A DNA stretch of 64,000 nucleotides, from positions 10,196,227 through 10,260,226 of the forward strand of contig NC_068998.1 in the NCBI RefSeq assembly GCF_001194135.2. The letters run 5' to 3'. Each line of letters starts with the position of its first letter. The first letter of the stretch is position 1. This DNA is from Octopus bimaculoides. Lineage: Eukaryota. The position numbers and the translations under genes were made by a program. The notes beneath the pieces were generated by a model. The model was given only the letters and a program-made list of their open reading frames with translations, did not search any database and was not told the DNA's origin. Positions 51,528-64,000 of this stretch are shown here, piece by piece.

Positions 51528-51790
51528 CATCATCGTTTAACGTCCGCTTTCCATGCTAGCATGGGTTGGACGATTTGACTGAGGAGTGGTGAAACCGGAT
51601 GGCAACACCAGGCTCCAATCTAAATTTGGCAGAGTTTCTACAGCTGGATGCCCTTCCTAACGCCAACCACTCAGAGTGTAGTGGGTGTTTTTACGTGTCA
51701 CCCGCACGAAGGCCAGTCAGGCGGTACTGGCAACGGCCACACTCGAAAATGGTGTCTTTTATGTGCCACCCGCACAAGAACCAGTCCAGG
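51527..51790 (-). mobile_element. RTE LINE 3' terminus (family D), young copy
   Basis: About 3 differences from the 37085-37226 copy over about 140 bp. Other decayed copies at 7345-7700, 11900-12050, 41190-41370 and 54420-54720. Confidence 0.82.
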
Positions 51791-51793
51791 GGC

Positions 51794-51985
51794 CGGAGAT
51801 GTACTTGCATAGCAAGTGACCTGACCTGAGATCGTGTGCTGGAACGAAAACAATTGCAGTGTGGAAGGTGTTTATAAGCCATTTAAAATAACACACAAAA
51901 ACTGTTAGATTCACTTCAACATTTAAATTTAATTTGTGTCAAAATATTTTCGTCGATTTGAGACCGCGACCTGTTCACTGACAAA
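51794..51985. mobile_element. Unclassified short repeat abutting (TA)n
   Basis: 51794-51933 recurs inverted at 47341-47480. Confidence 0.6.
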
Positions 51986-52003
51986 ATTCTGTGCTGCATC
52001 TCG

Positions 52004-52035
<32 letters not shown>

Positions 52036-52279
52036 CACACATGCGAAGTCTGCTATTCTAATGGGATTGATTTTGTTGCTCAGCAGTTATGCAATTCCCA
52101 CTGCAAAGAATGCTGTCACTTTGGGGTCATTTTAAAGTACTGTTACCCACTTTACTCAGCCAAAATGGACATCAGACTGTATATACGGTTGTGATTTGAG
52201 CTTACTGTCTTTGCTGTTTTCCTCCACATTTCCTTCTACCCCCACCATCTCCCCCCTTCTCTCTCTATTCTAATTTATG

Positions 52280-53075
52280 TCTGTTATTCACTCTTATTTC
52301 TGCATTCATTCATTCATGCACTCACTCACTCACTCGCTCTGTCTCTCAATCGTCATTCAAAATATATTCTCTTCTCACACTTTGTTTCTCAGCGAGCATG
52401 TTTCTCTGTCTGTCGGTCTGTTTGTTTCTCCACTCTCACTCCGACTCTCTCAAATCTCCCTCTGGCTCTCTCTTCTCTCTCTCTCTCTCTCTTTCTCTCC
52501 TCCTCTCTCTCACACACATGCAGTAAAAATCTCTCACCCATACACGCCTTCTCACACAAACACTCACTCAACATCACTGTCACTACACACACTTCCCTTC
52601 ATCTCATGCAATTTCTTTTTTGCTCATACTCTCATTATCTCTATCACCCCCACCTCACTCATGCTCTCTATACTCACTCATTCTCTCTCTCTCTCTCATT
52701 CTTTCTATCCCAAATGTGCACTCACTTTATCTCTTACACACACACACACTCTCTCTCTCAACCACACTCATTCTCTTTCTCTGATTCTCTTACACACCCC
52801 CATTGTCCTTTCACCTACACATACTTATTTTCCTTATACATTTTCTCTCATTCTCTCTCACACACATTCTCTTGCAAACACACACTCTCTCTCATTTTCT
52901 TTTGCATACACTTTCTCTCTCATTCACTCTTGCATATTCACTCTGCAACACAGTCACTTTAACATTCTTTCTCTGTCTCTCATTTTCCCTGTCATTCACA
53001 ATCACACACACAAGCACTCGCACATCTCTGTATCATGCCTACTTTCGCTTCACTCTGAATTCAAGTTAACACACA
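52280..53075. repeat. CT/CA-rich low-complexity tract
   Basis: Degenerate (CT)n/(CA)n; source of spurious Ser/Leu/His ORFs. Confidence 0.85.
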
Positions 53076-55208
53076 TGTAATGATGTGATTTCAAGAAAGG
53101 TATTGATTTAAAAATTAAAAACTTTAATTATGGGCAGTTTTCGGTATCTTGGTAATGTGAACTAGGAATGATCCCAGTCAAACTGACATTGAAAGGGTTA
53201 AAGTCATTTAAAGCAAAACAAAAAAGGAAAAAAAAAAGATCTGATTAAAAAAGTTCAGAGTAGTCTCCCTTGAACATCAGCTATGATGTCACATTCTACT
53301 TTTTGTCAGAATTTATGAGAAGTATTATAATGAATGTTAAAATGTTCTTTATGTGCAATGAACATTGAGTTAACCCTTTAAATTCCTTAAAGCAAGATGA
53401 GATAGTTTTTCTTATATTTTTTAGAATAAAATTTTTTAAAATTCCAGTAATTACACAACATCATAGGAAATATTATAATTTCCTGCTGTTGCTGTTGCTG
53501 GCTTGTGGGTGGGTGGGTGTTTGGTTGTTGGAGTAACAGAATCAATAGGATGATAGATGAAGTTCAATACTTTCTAAGTTAAGATCAGCATATATAAATG
53601 GTGTGAACTATCTGAAACACTGCCTTCTGGGCAGTTTTATGATTGCTTGCTTGACATGTATTATCTCTGTCCCTCTCTCTTTCTCTTTCACATTCACACA
53701 CTGTCCAATGTGTCCTTTCCTAATGTTGGCTGCTTGAATGTAATTTTGAGGAAATTTGGATGCTATTTGTAACAGGCTAGGTTACAGTGTTTTGTGAAAG
53801 GTAGTGGTGGGAGGGGCTGGTAATGCTTTGGCTACATTATACATAAAAGGTGTCAAAATTGTAATGATATTTGTTCGGTAACTGATGAGGGGTTGAGGAT
53901 TTTTGTGTCCATTGCTTGTATTTTTTCCTGTTTGTTTGTTTTTGTATTTTCCTATGTTGATCCCCTCTACTACATTTTTATTATATATATAAGCTTGCTT
54001 CCCAACCCCATGGATCTGAGTTCACTCCCACTGTGTGGCACCTTGGGCAAGTGTCTTCTACTATAGCCTTGAGTTGAACAAAGCCTTGTGAGTGGATTTG
54101 GTAAACGGACACTGAAAGAAGCCCATTGTGTGTGTGTGTGTGTGTGTGTGTCTTTGGGTTTGTGTTTGTCCCCCCCATCACCGCTTTGACAACTGGTGTT
54201 GCTGAGTTTATGTCTCCATAGCTTAGCATTCCATAAAGAAGTGCTGATCACTCAAACTGGTTGGAACTCATAGAAGAGGGAGACCCAGAAAGACCTAGGA
54301 TGAAGTACTGAAGGATGACCTTAGGACACTGAGCCTTTGGGAAGCGATAACAAATGACCAAGATATATGGCATCTTGCTGTACTCAAGAAAACCTGTCCT
54401 CTACAACAGATGGTGTTAAGGCCACTCTCCTTGATGAAGAAGATTGGCCTGAAGTTCTATGTCAGTGCCACATAAAAACCACTTGTGCCATGCCACATAA
54501 AAACCACTTGTGCCGTGCCATGTAAAAAGCACTCGTGCTGGCACCAGTGCCATGTTAAAAGCACCCAGCATACACTGTAAAGTAGGTGATGTTAGGAAGG
54601 GCATCCACTTCTAGAAACCAAGCCAAATCAAACTGGAGCCTGGTGCAGCTCTGGCTGCCAGCTCTGGTCAAACTGTCCAACCCATGCAGTGTAGAAAATG
54701 GATGTTAAAAGATGATGGTACACATACACACACACACTACAAATGTGTGTGTGTGTGTGTGTGTGTAATGATAGCAGTATGCAAGGATGCTGCATTTTAG
54801 CTCTGTAAAATGAAATATAACTTCATTCCAATATAAATTGTCTTTTTTGATGACATTTCATTAGAAGCTTTAAATCGAAATTGTACAACATTTCTAATTG
54901 AAATTCTAATCACAATAATGGTTAATGCCATTTTGTATTCTATTGTTTTTTAATAACCTATTTCAAAATTCTGATTGTAAAAAATATTTTAAGCACCATT
55001 TTAATGGATTATTTTCAAAGTAAATGATAATATAAATTTGAGTTGGTTATTGTGAAATGATATTTATTATGGAAGTTATTTGTTGAAATTACAATAAAAC
55101 AATAATGATATTTCCTATCCTTTTCCCTATTCATTTGTTGGTATTTCTGCTACTGCAATGCCTAGTTCTTTGTTTTTATTTTATTTTGCTACGAGCTATG
55201 CTATAACT

Positions 55209-55260
<52 letters not shown>

Positions 55261-56469
55261 TGCATGGGTCAGACGGAATTTGTTGAGGCAAATTCTCTAT
55301 GGCTGGATACCTCTTCCTGTTGCCAACCCTAACCAGTTTTCAAGAAAGGGGATATTTTCCCTTGGCCAAATTGAAAGTAAACAACATCGCATGTATGATG
55401 GTGCTAATTATAGATGCCATGCCATGTGATGTTGAGACAAGGCTACATACCATGTCCTGTATTTGTAAAATTATTGAAATTTGAGATAGACTTGGATACT
55501 ATATCTCAGCAGTTGGACTTCCACGTAAAGGTTCTCTAGTTGGCTAAAATTCTGCTGATGTCATTAGCGTTAGTTGCAAGCATTACACCATCCCATGACC
55601 TCTTTTTAATCAATTTGAAATGTAAACCTAACATAGTGAGTCCTCTTCTTAAGTTTAAAACATAATAGTTGTATATGAATTTACTTCTAAGATTTTAGCA
55701 TGAATTATATAATAAATCTTAATAGCAGCAAACTGAAACAGCTGTTTCTCTTTATTTGCTCAAATTTGGTCTTGTTATATCTAATATAATCCATATTTTC
55801 TGTATTACATTTGGGTCAATTCTCAATTGGAACCATTTTATTTTCTACTGTAATGCACTTGTTTTAAGGCTAGGTCACTTCGTCCATCCCATGTTGGAGT
55901 TTAGAATGTATGCTCAAATTTAGCGGGCTTATTTCTCAGTTTAAGGGCTTAGTTTAAGAGGCTTAGTTAAGAGCTGTTTTCCTGTCTAACTAAAACAAAC
56001 AAACAAATAAGTAATAATAATAATAATAATAATAACAATAATCCTTTCTATTACAGGCACAAGGCCTGAAATTTGGGCGGGAGTGGACTAGTCGATTCGA
56101 AAGGATGAAAGGCAAAGTCAACCTTGGCACAATTTGAACTCAGAATGTAGCGATGGGCGAAATGCCGCTAAGCATTTCGTCCAGTGTGCTAACAATTCTG
56201 CCAGCTCACCGCCTTAATAATAATTATATTAATAATAATAATGATAATAATAATAATAATCTGTTCATCCATCTGTCCGTTGACACCATTTGTGTCTGAG
56301 TTTGGTTCATCTGAAGGCCAAGTAGGGAATGAAAGGCATTGATTGTATGGCAGGGCAGGCGGTGGTCTTGGGCTGCTGTGACAAGGCCTTGCATTAGCCT
56401 CCTTTTACTTCTTCTGTAGTCTTTCTCTTCTCCTTCAAAGTGGAACAACTGGAATGAATTGCTCTTCAC

Positions 56470-56536
56470 CAGGATGGGCATCTGACAGGATGGGCATCTG
56501 ACAGGATGGGCATCTGACAGGATGGGCATCTGACAG
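56470..56536. repeat. Perfect 16-bp tandem repeat x4 (caggatgggcatctga)
   Basis: Four identical units plus cag. Confidence 0.95.
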
Positions 56537-56777
56537 CTCCTGTTTCCCCGGTGTTAGGGCTGATTCTGGCTTGAAGGAGGGAGGAATTCAGTTGGTCTTT
56601 GAGTCTGTGTTCCAGGGCTCCTTGATGTCATTTGCCAGTAATGAGCTTGCTGTAGAGGATACTCCATGGGAGTCTTGAAGTTATGGTTCACCATAACTTA
56701 TTAGCCTAATTTTGTTACTGTTACATTTATTTAGTGACTATTAAATAATGTTACTTTTTTTCTTCTGTTTATTTCAG

Positions 56778-56834
56778 CTTGATCTCTGAAGTGCTGCCAG
56801 ACATCTATTGTCATCATGGCTGGATCAGTAGCAG
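56778..56834 (+). CDS. Candidate first coding exon of an unidentified plus-strand gene: ATG at 56816, MAGSVA + phase-1 donor
   Basis: Pyrimidine tract plus tttcag acceptor, atcATGG context with an upstream in-frame TGA, CAG|gtaatt donor. Another frame (LISEVLPDIYCHHGWISS) is also open. Confidence 0.55.
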
Positions 56835-58304
56835 GTAATTTAATCTTTTCCTCTTATTGTTTTTTTCATTGTCTTTGTGGCACCTGCACTAGAGAGGTTG
56901 TTGCGTTTAAATGAGACTAAAGAGTCCTCTCTGCTCTATGTTGTCTATGTTTGTTTGTGCACTAAATGGTTGTCTCATACTGGGCAAGTAGAAAAGAGGC
57001 TAATGAAAGAAGACCAGAGTGAGAGGGCGATAGAGGAGAGATTAATGGAAGAAACAAATGAGAGAGATGGACAGCTACATAGTGATTGTTGGTAAAGAGA
57101 TTGAATAGAAACAGCATGAGCAATGAAGAGAATGAATGAATGAATGAAAGAAAGAGAGATATATAGAGAGAGACATGTAATCAAGTGTGTTAGAAGGAAA
57201 GAATAAGGTCTGAAAGAGGGGGTTTAGTCAATTACATTGATCCCAGTGCTCAACTGAAAGGATGAAAGCAAAGTCGACCTTGGCAGAAATTGAATGAGAA
57301 TATAAGACAGACAAAATGCCGCTAAGCATTTTGTCTGGCATACTAAAGATTCTGCCAATTTACTGAATGATAATAATTTGCTATAATAATACTCTTGTGT
57401 TTTTCTCCGTCACAACACATGAATGAGAAAGGAAGGAGTGGTAGATGAATAAGGAAGTGAATAATAAGGAAAGAATAGTGTTATGAATAGTAATGATGGT
57501 GGGTGATGGGGGAGAGAGACAGATTGATGGATTGTGAAGGATGTCAATGAGTGATGAAAAGTGATTGCTAACAATGAAGAAGATGGAGGAATAGAACATG
57601 AATAAACCTAATCGGATGGTGTCCCTTGCAACACAGGCATTATGATGGGAGAGAGATAGTGATAGTAGGGAGGCACATCGATTGGGGGAAAAGTGAGTGA
57701 TAATGGTGATGAGAGGTATCCAGGTGGCCTCAAGGTATACCCTGAATAAAAATGAGTGGGAATGCATGTGAATTGTAATAAGAGTTACAATCAGGGGGGA
57801 TTGAAACTGGGTTATTGAATTAAATAACCCTTGGAATGTATCTACCCCTCTGTGACCGTTTACTATTTGTTCTGTATACAGTATGTCTTATTGTGGGTTT
57901 TTTGCTCTTTATGAGGAGGCTGTTTGATTATTGATTGTCCTTTTTGCCTCTGAGAAATTCATTACAGAAAATATGACCTCTAAAAGGTCGATCAAGATTT
58001 TAATGTAGGACATGACTTTGTCCGAACTGAGACACATCATTGAATCAGCTGTTTTAGTCACAAGATTGATATTGATTATATATATTTTTTTTCTTTTCCA
58101 CCCTGTTAACATCTCTTCAAGGTGGTTCTGTGTTTAAGAAGAGAGTAAGAAGCAAGACGCAGCATTTGTTACGGAATAATGCAAAGTGTAATCTGATTTC
58201 TTCTTCTTCTTTGCTTCCTCCACCTCCTCTTCATCATTGTCATCATCATCTACTTCTTCTTTGACTACTTCGATTATTTCTTCCTTTTTGATGATTTCTT
58301 TGAC

Positions 58305-58352
<48 letters not shown>

Positions 58353-58984
58353 TCTGATGATTAGTTTTGTGGATAAAGTATTTAATTTGTGGTGGTATCT
58401 AGTCACAACCCTAAACACTCTGATTTCAACTTTTGCCAGGGTCAGCTTTGCTGCCTATCATCATGATTTGCTTGAATCGACTTTACTCTTCTCCTATAAG
58501 TTTGTGGCATTCTGCCAGTGCAAGAAAGCAATCTGATGATGTTGATAACAGCAATAATAATAGTAATACTGATCATGTTGCCAGGCACATCATAGTGTTC
58601 TGTCGAAGTTTCTTTCAATATAATTTATAGAGCATCGAGTATTGATCATCATTATTATTATTATTTAATTATATTTTTTTGAAGAACATTTTCATCAGTT
58701 CATTGTAAGTGAACTTTACATAGCAATAAGATAAATTAATGTCTATCTACATCTGGATTACATGCAGAAAAAAACAGTGGTAAACTTTTAATTTGATAGA
58801 TTTAACCTTTTAGTATTAACTTTGTTTATATGTAACATGATTGATTGATAGGTCGCAGACCTCTGGGAGTCATCATCATAGGCTGTTGTGTTTTTGATTT
58901 GGATAATAAAATTACAGGCCAAGCAATATCCATAATTTTAGAAGCCAGTGAGAAAATTGGAGTCCAGCCCAAGCATTGCATTAA

Positions 58985-59205
58985 CCCTTTAGTGTTTGCA
59001 TTATTCTGCTAGAATTAATGTTTTTTCATCCACATTGTTTTGAACTAATCATGTATTATCTTGTAGCTATGAGATTTTGATGAGGTAGCTGTTAATTTTT
59101 AAAACGATATTGTAGGGTTAGTGTGAGAGACCAGATTTGGCCAGTTTGAACATAAAACAAGCAGAATACTTTTGGCCGGATATGGCCGGTTTAAATGCTA
59201 AAGGG
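58985..59205. mobile_element. piggyBac-type MITE, 221 bp, TTAA target duplication
   Basis: TTAA ccctttag ... ctaaaggg TTAA (58981-58984 and 59206-59209). No coding capacity. Confidence 0.85.
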
Positions 59206-59916
59206 TTAAAGCACTTCATTTGTTTGATATTGTTGTAGTTGTTATTAAGCTTTAGCTCTGATCAAGCAGATCTATGGTCAAAAGTATTCCAGCTATGACC
59301 AAATAGAAATTTAAAAGAAAGAATAAATGGGAATCTCATTTTGAATTTTAAAATTTAGGAAAATATATATGAAACAAGTGTCTACTCTTTAATTAATCAT
59401 ACATTGTGTTCAGCAAAATTTTGATCAGCACATTTTTCAAGTCACATGTTATGGATTTGTTTAAGCCTTAGATTATATTTTTTAGATATCTATGTCATAC
59501 CTAGATACCCCCTATGGTGCATTGTCTGAGAAACATTGACAATCTGTCAATATATATATATATATAATAAGAATTGTATTGAGGTTAAGAGGAATTCAAA
59601 TTGATGTTATGATCGTTTCAGTAAATAAATGTTTTTTTAAAATCCCGTACCACTTGTATAGATAAGTAATATATACAATATATGTAATGAATGCAATATA
59701 ATAGAATAGAATAAAATTATTATTGTTGATTCACTTTGTCAGACATCATTATTCAAAATGCAATTAAGAAACAAACATACAATGCAAGATAAATTTGTAA
59801 CACTTCATATCTGTGTTGAGTCCATTCAAATAGACAGGTTCATACATGAAGTGTTGATGAGGTGATAGCTTGGATTATAATTATCCCCTCCATATGTATG
59901 TCTATATATATATATA

Positions 59917-59971
<55 letters not shown>

Positions 59972-60175
59972 CAAGGGGTACTGAAAAGTACCTGGGTTTG
60001 GGTGAAAGAAAATACAAGAAGATGAGTTAATTATGATTTTATTCAACATATTCCCTTCTCAGATTCACACACTTATTGCAGTGGTCTTTCAGTTTTTCTA
60101 AGCCCTGTAAAAGAACTCAGAGGGTTGGGCCTCTCATGATACTCTTAAAACTAGGGGCTTTTCAGTACTGCCTCA
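59972..60175. mobile_element. Mariner-type MITE inserted in (TA)n
   Basis: Left end TA caaggggtactgaaaagtacctgg; right end (reverse complement) TA tgaggcagtactgaaaagcccctag. They share GTACTGAAAAG. Confidence 0.7.
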
Positions 60176-62099
60176 TATATATATATATATGGAATGAAGA
60201 AAAAAAATATACTAGCAGTTTTTCTTTCCATATATATTACTGGTAAGCTATAGGTCAGCTCTGGTGGATCAGATCTGTGATAAAAAAAATTACGAGGCCT
60301 TCCTGTCTTTGTATGCCAAGGGCTACATGAGCTTATGTGTGTTTTATTTTTGGGGGTAGGTGTTATTTAAGACATTGGCTGTTGCTTTTAGCAAACAAGT
60401 ATGGCTTCCTGTACATATGTATGTACATACATGTGTACATATGTCTGTCTGTCCATACATAAATATATACATACATACATATATGGAACTGTTATTTTGG
60501 CTAGATTTAACCTTAGATTAAACCATAAGCAGGCTTGTAATTAAAGATAATCCAGCTATGATCATCCCATATATTTTTTTCAGGAATAGTATATTCTGAA
60601 TTTAAAACAGTAGGGTTTAATTTGAGGGAAATTTGAGCAGTCTCATTGGCTGTTGATGTGGCATGTAAAGAGTTGTGTTTCTGTACCAACAGACCATTCG
60701 GACATTAGAGAAAAATAAGGCATAAAATTAATTTTTAGTGGTGGTGATGTTATTGATGATGATGGGATTATTGTGGATTAAAAAAAAACAAAATAGCCAA
60801 AACCATGCATACAGTGATCTTGTTAAGCTGATTAATTTGAGGTTTCAATGCAATTGCAAAAATATTTTAGAGATTTGTCAAATGTTTAATTATTTCTATT
60901 CTTTAAAGAGTAAAAGAAGAAACAAAACTGGGCCATGTTTGCTTCTCAACCATGTGCCATGTGGTCTTGGCACATTTAGCAAGTATCTTCTAATATAGAC
61001 CTGGGTTGACCAAACCCTTGAGAGTGGATTTGGTAGGCAGAAACTGAAAGAAGCCTCTTTCCTCTTCTCCCTCTCTCTATATGTTTATAGATGCATGTAT
61101 ATATACGTGTGCATATCCTTGTCTAGACATCATTTGATAGTTGTAAATGAGCATCGTCATTATGCAAGCAAGGTTGTTCATTTCCTTCTTTGTGAAAACC
61201 ATGTCTGGCTATGGTGGAAATATTACTTTGTTTGGAAGCTGGTGAGGGTTGGTGACAGGAAGAGCATTCCAGCCATACAAAATAATCTGCCTCAACAGAT
61301 TCTGTCTGACCCATGCAAGAGTGGAAATGTGGACATTAAATGATGATGATTATCATCATAATGTTGTTTCTGTTGTTGATTATGAACCCCAGGTCATCTC
61401 TGGCTGTCCTAATTGTTCAGTTCTACCTCTTGGTTTCGAACTGTTTATAATAACTCCATTAGCTAATTAATCCTTTCCTTACTGTGTATATATATATATA
61501 TATATATATATNNNNNNNNNNNNNNNNNNNNNNNNNNNNNNNNNNNNNNNNNNNNNNNNNNNNNNNNNNNNNNNNNNNNNNNNNNNNNNNNNNNNNNNNN
61601 NNNNNNNNNNNNNNNNNNNNNNNNNNNNNNNNNNNNNNNNNNNNNNNNNNNNNNNNNNNNNNNNNNNNNNNNNNNNNNNNNNNNNNNNNNNNNNNNNNNN
61701 NNNNNNNNNNNNNNNNNNNNNNNNNNNNNNNNNNNNNNNNNNNNNNNNNNNNNNNNNNNNNNNNNNNNNNNNNNNNNNNNNNNNNNNNNNNNNNNNNNNN
61801 NNNNNNNNNNNNNNNNNNNNNNNNNNNNNNNNNNNNNNNNNNNNNNNNNNNNNNNNNNNNNNNNNNNNNNNNNNNNNNNNNNNNNNNNNNNNNNNNNNNN
61901 NNNNNNNNNNNNNNNNNNNNNNNNNNNNNNNNNNNNNNNNNNNNNNNNNNNNNNNNNNNNNNNNNNNNNNNNNNNNNNNNNNNNNNNNNNNNNNNNNNNN
62001 NNNNNNNNNNNNNNNNNNNNNNNNNNNNNNNNNNNNNNNNNNNNNNNNNNNNNNNNNNNNNNNNNNNNNNNNNNNNNNNNNNNNNNNNNNNNNNNNNNN

Positions 62100-62314
62100 G
62101 GTAGGTATGATGGCATCAGTCATTGTGTTGGTGAAGATGACGATGATTGTAGTGGTGGTGGTAGCAGTGGTGGTGATGGTGGCAGCGGTGGTAGTGGTGG
62201 TGGTGGTGGTGGTAGGTATGATGGCATCAGTCATTGTGTTGGTGAAGATGACGGTGATTGTAGTGGTGGTGATGAAGGGTCTGATCATACTGATGCTGCT
62301 ACTGATAGTGATGG

Positions 62315-62349
<35 letters not shown>

Positions 62350-62460
62350 GTTGCAGTGGTGGTGATGACAGCATTGGTCATAGTGATGATGATGATTATG
62401 ATGGTCGTGGTGGTGGTGGTGGTGATGACGATGACGATGAGGATGATTGCAACAGTGCTG
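62100..62460. repeat. (GGT)/(GAT) trinucleotide-rich tract with a duplicated unit
   Basis: gtaggtatgatggcatcagtcattgtgttggtgaagatgacg occurs at 62101 and 62213. Confidence 0.85.
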
Positions 62461-64000
62461 ATGAAGTTGATAAGCATACTTTTGCCAATAATTCCACAAC
62501 AGGAGTTCTGACTCTTGGACAGATACCTACGTACGTATAGAACAGTTTATTTCTGTACAGATTAGATCTGTTCAGCACACAGAAACAAGTTTAAAAAAAC
62601 ATAGACAATGAATTTATGTGATTGATGATATGTGTGGCATTTGGCTGTTGTTGTTGTTTTTATCAAAGTGGTGGCCTGACAGAATCATTAGCATATTGGA
62701 CAAAATGCCTGACAGCATTTTTTTTGTTTTTGGCTTTTTGTTCTGAGTTTGAATTATACCAAACAAGGCCGACTTTGCTTTTGATTCTTTAAAGATTGAT
62801 TAAATAGGTACAAGTTGAGCATTGGTGTCGATGTAATTGGCTTGCCCTCCCCTCAAAATTGCTGGCCTTGTGTCTTATCATTCTTCTTTCATATACACAC
62901 AACAGATTAAATGGTTGGGGGCAGAAACCCCCCCCCCCCTTAATATTGGGCTACAAGAAGTAACCTTAGATGCAAAGAACCTTCCTAAGTTTCCTAGCTG
63001 CCCCTTATAACACTTTTTTTTATACATTAAACCTGTTTGCAATCAAAACCCTCACAACACACACACACACNNNNNNNNNNNNNNNNNNNNNNNNNNNNNN
63101 NNNNNNNNNNNNNNNNNNNNNNNNNNNNNNNNNNNNNNNNNNNNNNNNNNNNNNNNNNNNNNNNNNNNNNNNNNNNNNNNNNNNNNNNNNNNNNNNNNNN
63201 NNNNNNNNNNNNNNNNNNNNNNNNNNNNNNNNNNNNNNNNNNNNNNNNNNNNNNNNNNNNNNNNNNNNNNNNNNNNNNNNNNNNNNNNNNNNNNNNNNNN
63301 NNNNNNNNNNNNNNNNNNNNNNNNNNNNNNNNNNNNNNNNNNNNNNNNNNNNNNNNNNNNNNNNNNNNNNNNNNNNNNNNNNNNNNNNNNNNNNNNNNNN
63401 NNNNNNNNNNNNNNNNNNNNNNNNNNNNNNNNNNNNNNNNNNNNNNNNNNNNNNNNNNNNNNNNNNNNNNNNNNNNNNNNNNNNNNNNNNNNNNNNNNNN
63501 NNNNNNNNNNNNNNNNNNNNNNNNNNNNNNNNNNNNNNNNNNNNNTATATATATATATATATATATATATGCATGGCTGTGAGGTTAAGAAGCTTGCTTT
63601 GTAATTGTGTGGATTTGGGTTCAGTTCCACTGTGGGGCATCTTGTGCAAGTGTTTTCTACTATAGCCCTAGGTTGACCAATGCGTTGTGAATGAATTTGG
63701 TTGATGGAAACTGTGTGGAAGCCCATCATATATGTGAATGTTTGTGTTCATCCCCCATTACAGCTTGACAATTTGTGTGAGTTTGTTTATGTTTCTGCAG
63801 CTTAGTGGTGTGAGGAAAGAGACCGATAGAACAAGTATTAAACCTTTAAAATAAATACTGAGATTGATTTATTCTGTTGCGCCCTTCAAGTTGGTGCCCT
63901 AACTCCATTATCTAATAAGTTATCGAATGCAATATAGGTATCCCTAACCCGCAGACCATAAAACATACTCAATGCATTTAATATTAGAATGTTGTAGTTT

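Noticed and set aside
51935-51990. Possible hammerhead motif in the TA-associated element
   Set aside because: No CUGANGA plus GAAA arrangement with pairing stems on either strand.
52277-53080. 267-aa Ser/Leu/His ORF
   Set aside because: Translation of low-complexity (CT)/(CA) sequence.
58122-58260. Possible second coding exon of the plus-strand gene (GSVFKKRVRSK...)
   Set aside because: The acceptor is weak and the frame runs into simple repeats and a stop; support is insufficient.
62107-62511. Val/Met-rich and His-rich ORFs resembling membrane or metal-binding proteins
   Set aside because: Trinucleotide GGT/GAT repeats next to a gap.
1-64000. CRISPR arrays, rRNA genes, operons or other prokaryotic systems
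   Set aside because: The sequence is intron-containing eukaryotic DNA. The tandem repeats have no unique spacers, and no rRNA or intact tRNA was seen.

Overview
This is AT-rich animal genomic DNA, dense in microsatellites and SINEs, with several N gaps. The repeat families look like those of Octopus (inference from recall, no database search). Reading splice signals by hand gives two genes on the minus strand. (1) A complete 11-coding-exon CRYZL1 (quinone oxidoreductase-like 1 / FERRY subunit Fy-4) gene at 20517-6414, predicted 357 aa. Its intron 9 is a U12-type AT-AC intron (5' ATATCCTTT, branch TTTCTTAAC, AC acceptor). (2) A small gene with 3 predicted coding exons (2741-1068) encoding a 70-aa secreted precursor: signal peptide, acidic spacer, KR cleavage site, C-X3-C-X11-C-X3-C core and a candidate C-terminal Gly amidation signal. 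A probable first coding exon (MAGSVA-) of an unidentified plus-strand gene lies at 56778-56834. The rest is transposon debris: RTE LINE fragments, three Tc1/mariner remnants (one DD41D-like), a hAT remnant, mariner- and piggyBac-type MITEs and four abundant short interspersed families. There is also an inverted pair of variant minimal hammerhead-ribozyme motifs at about 28.6 kb. Most ORFs in the supplied track are artefacts of microsatellites or N gaps.
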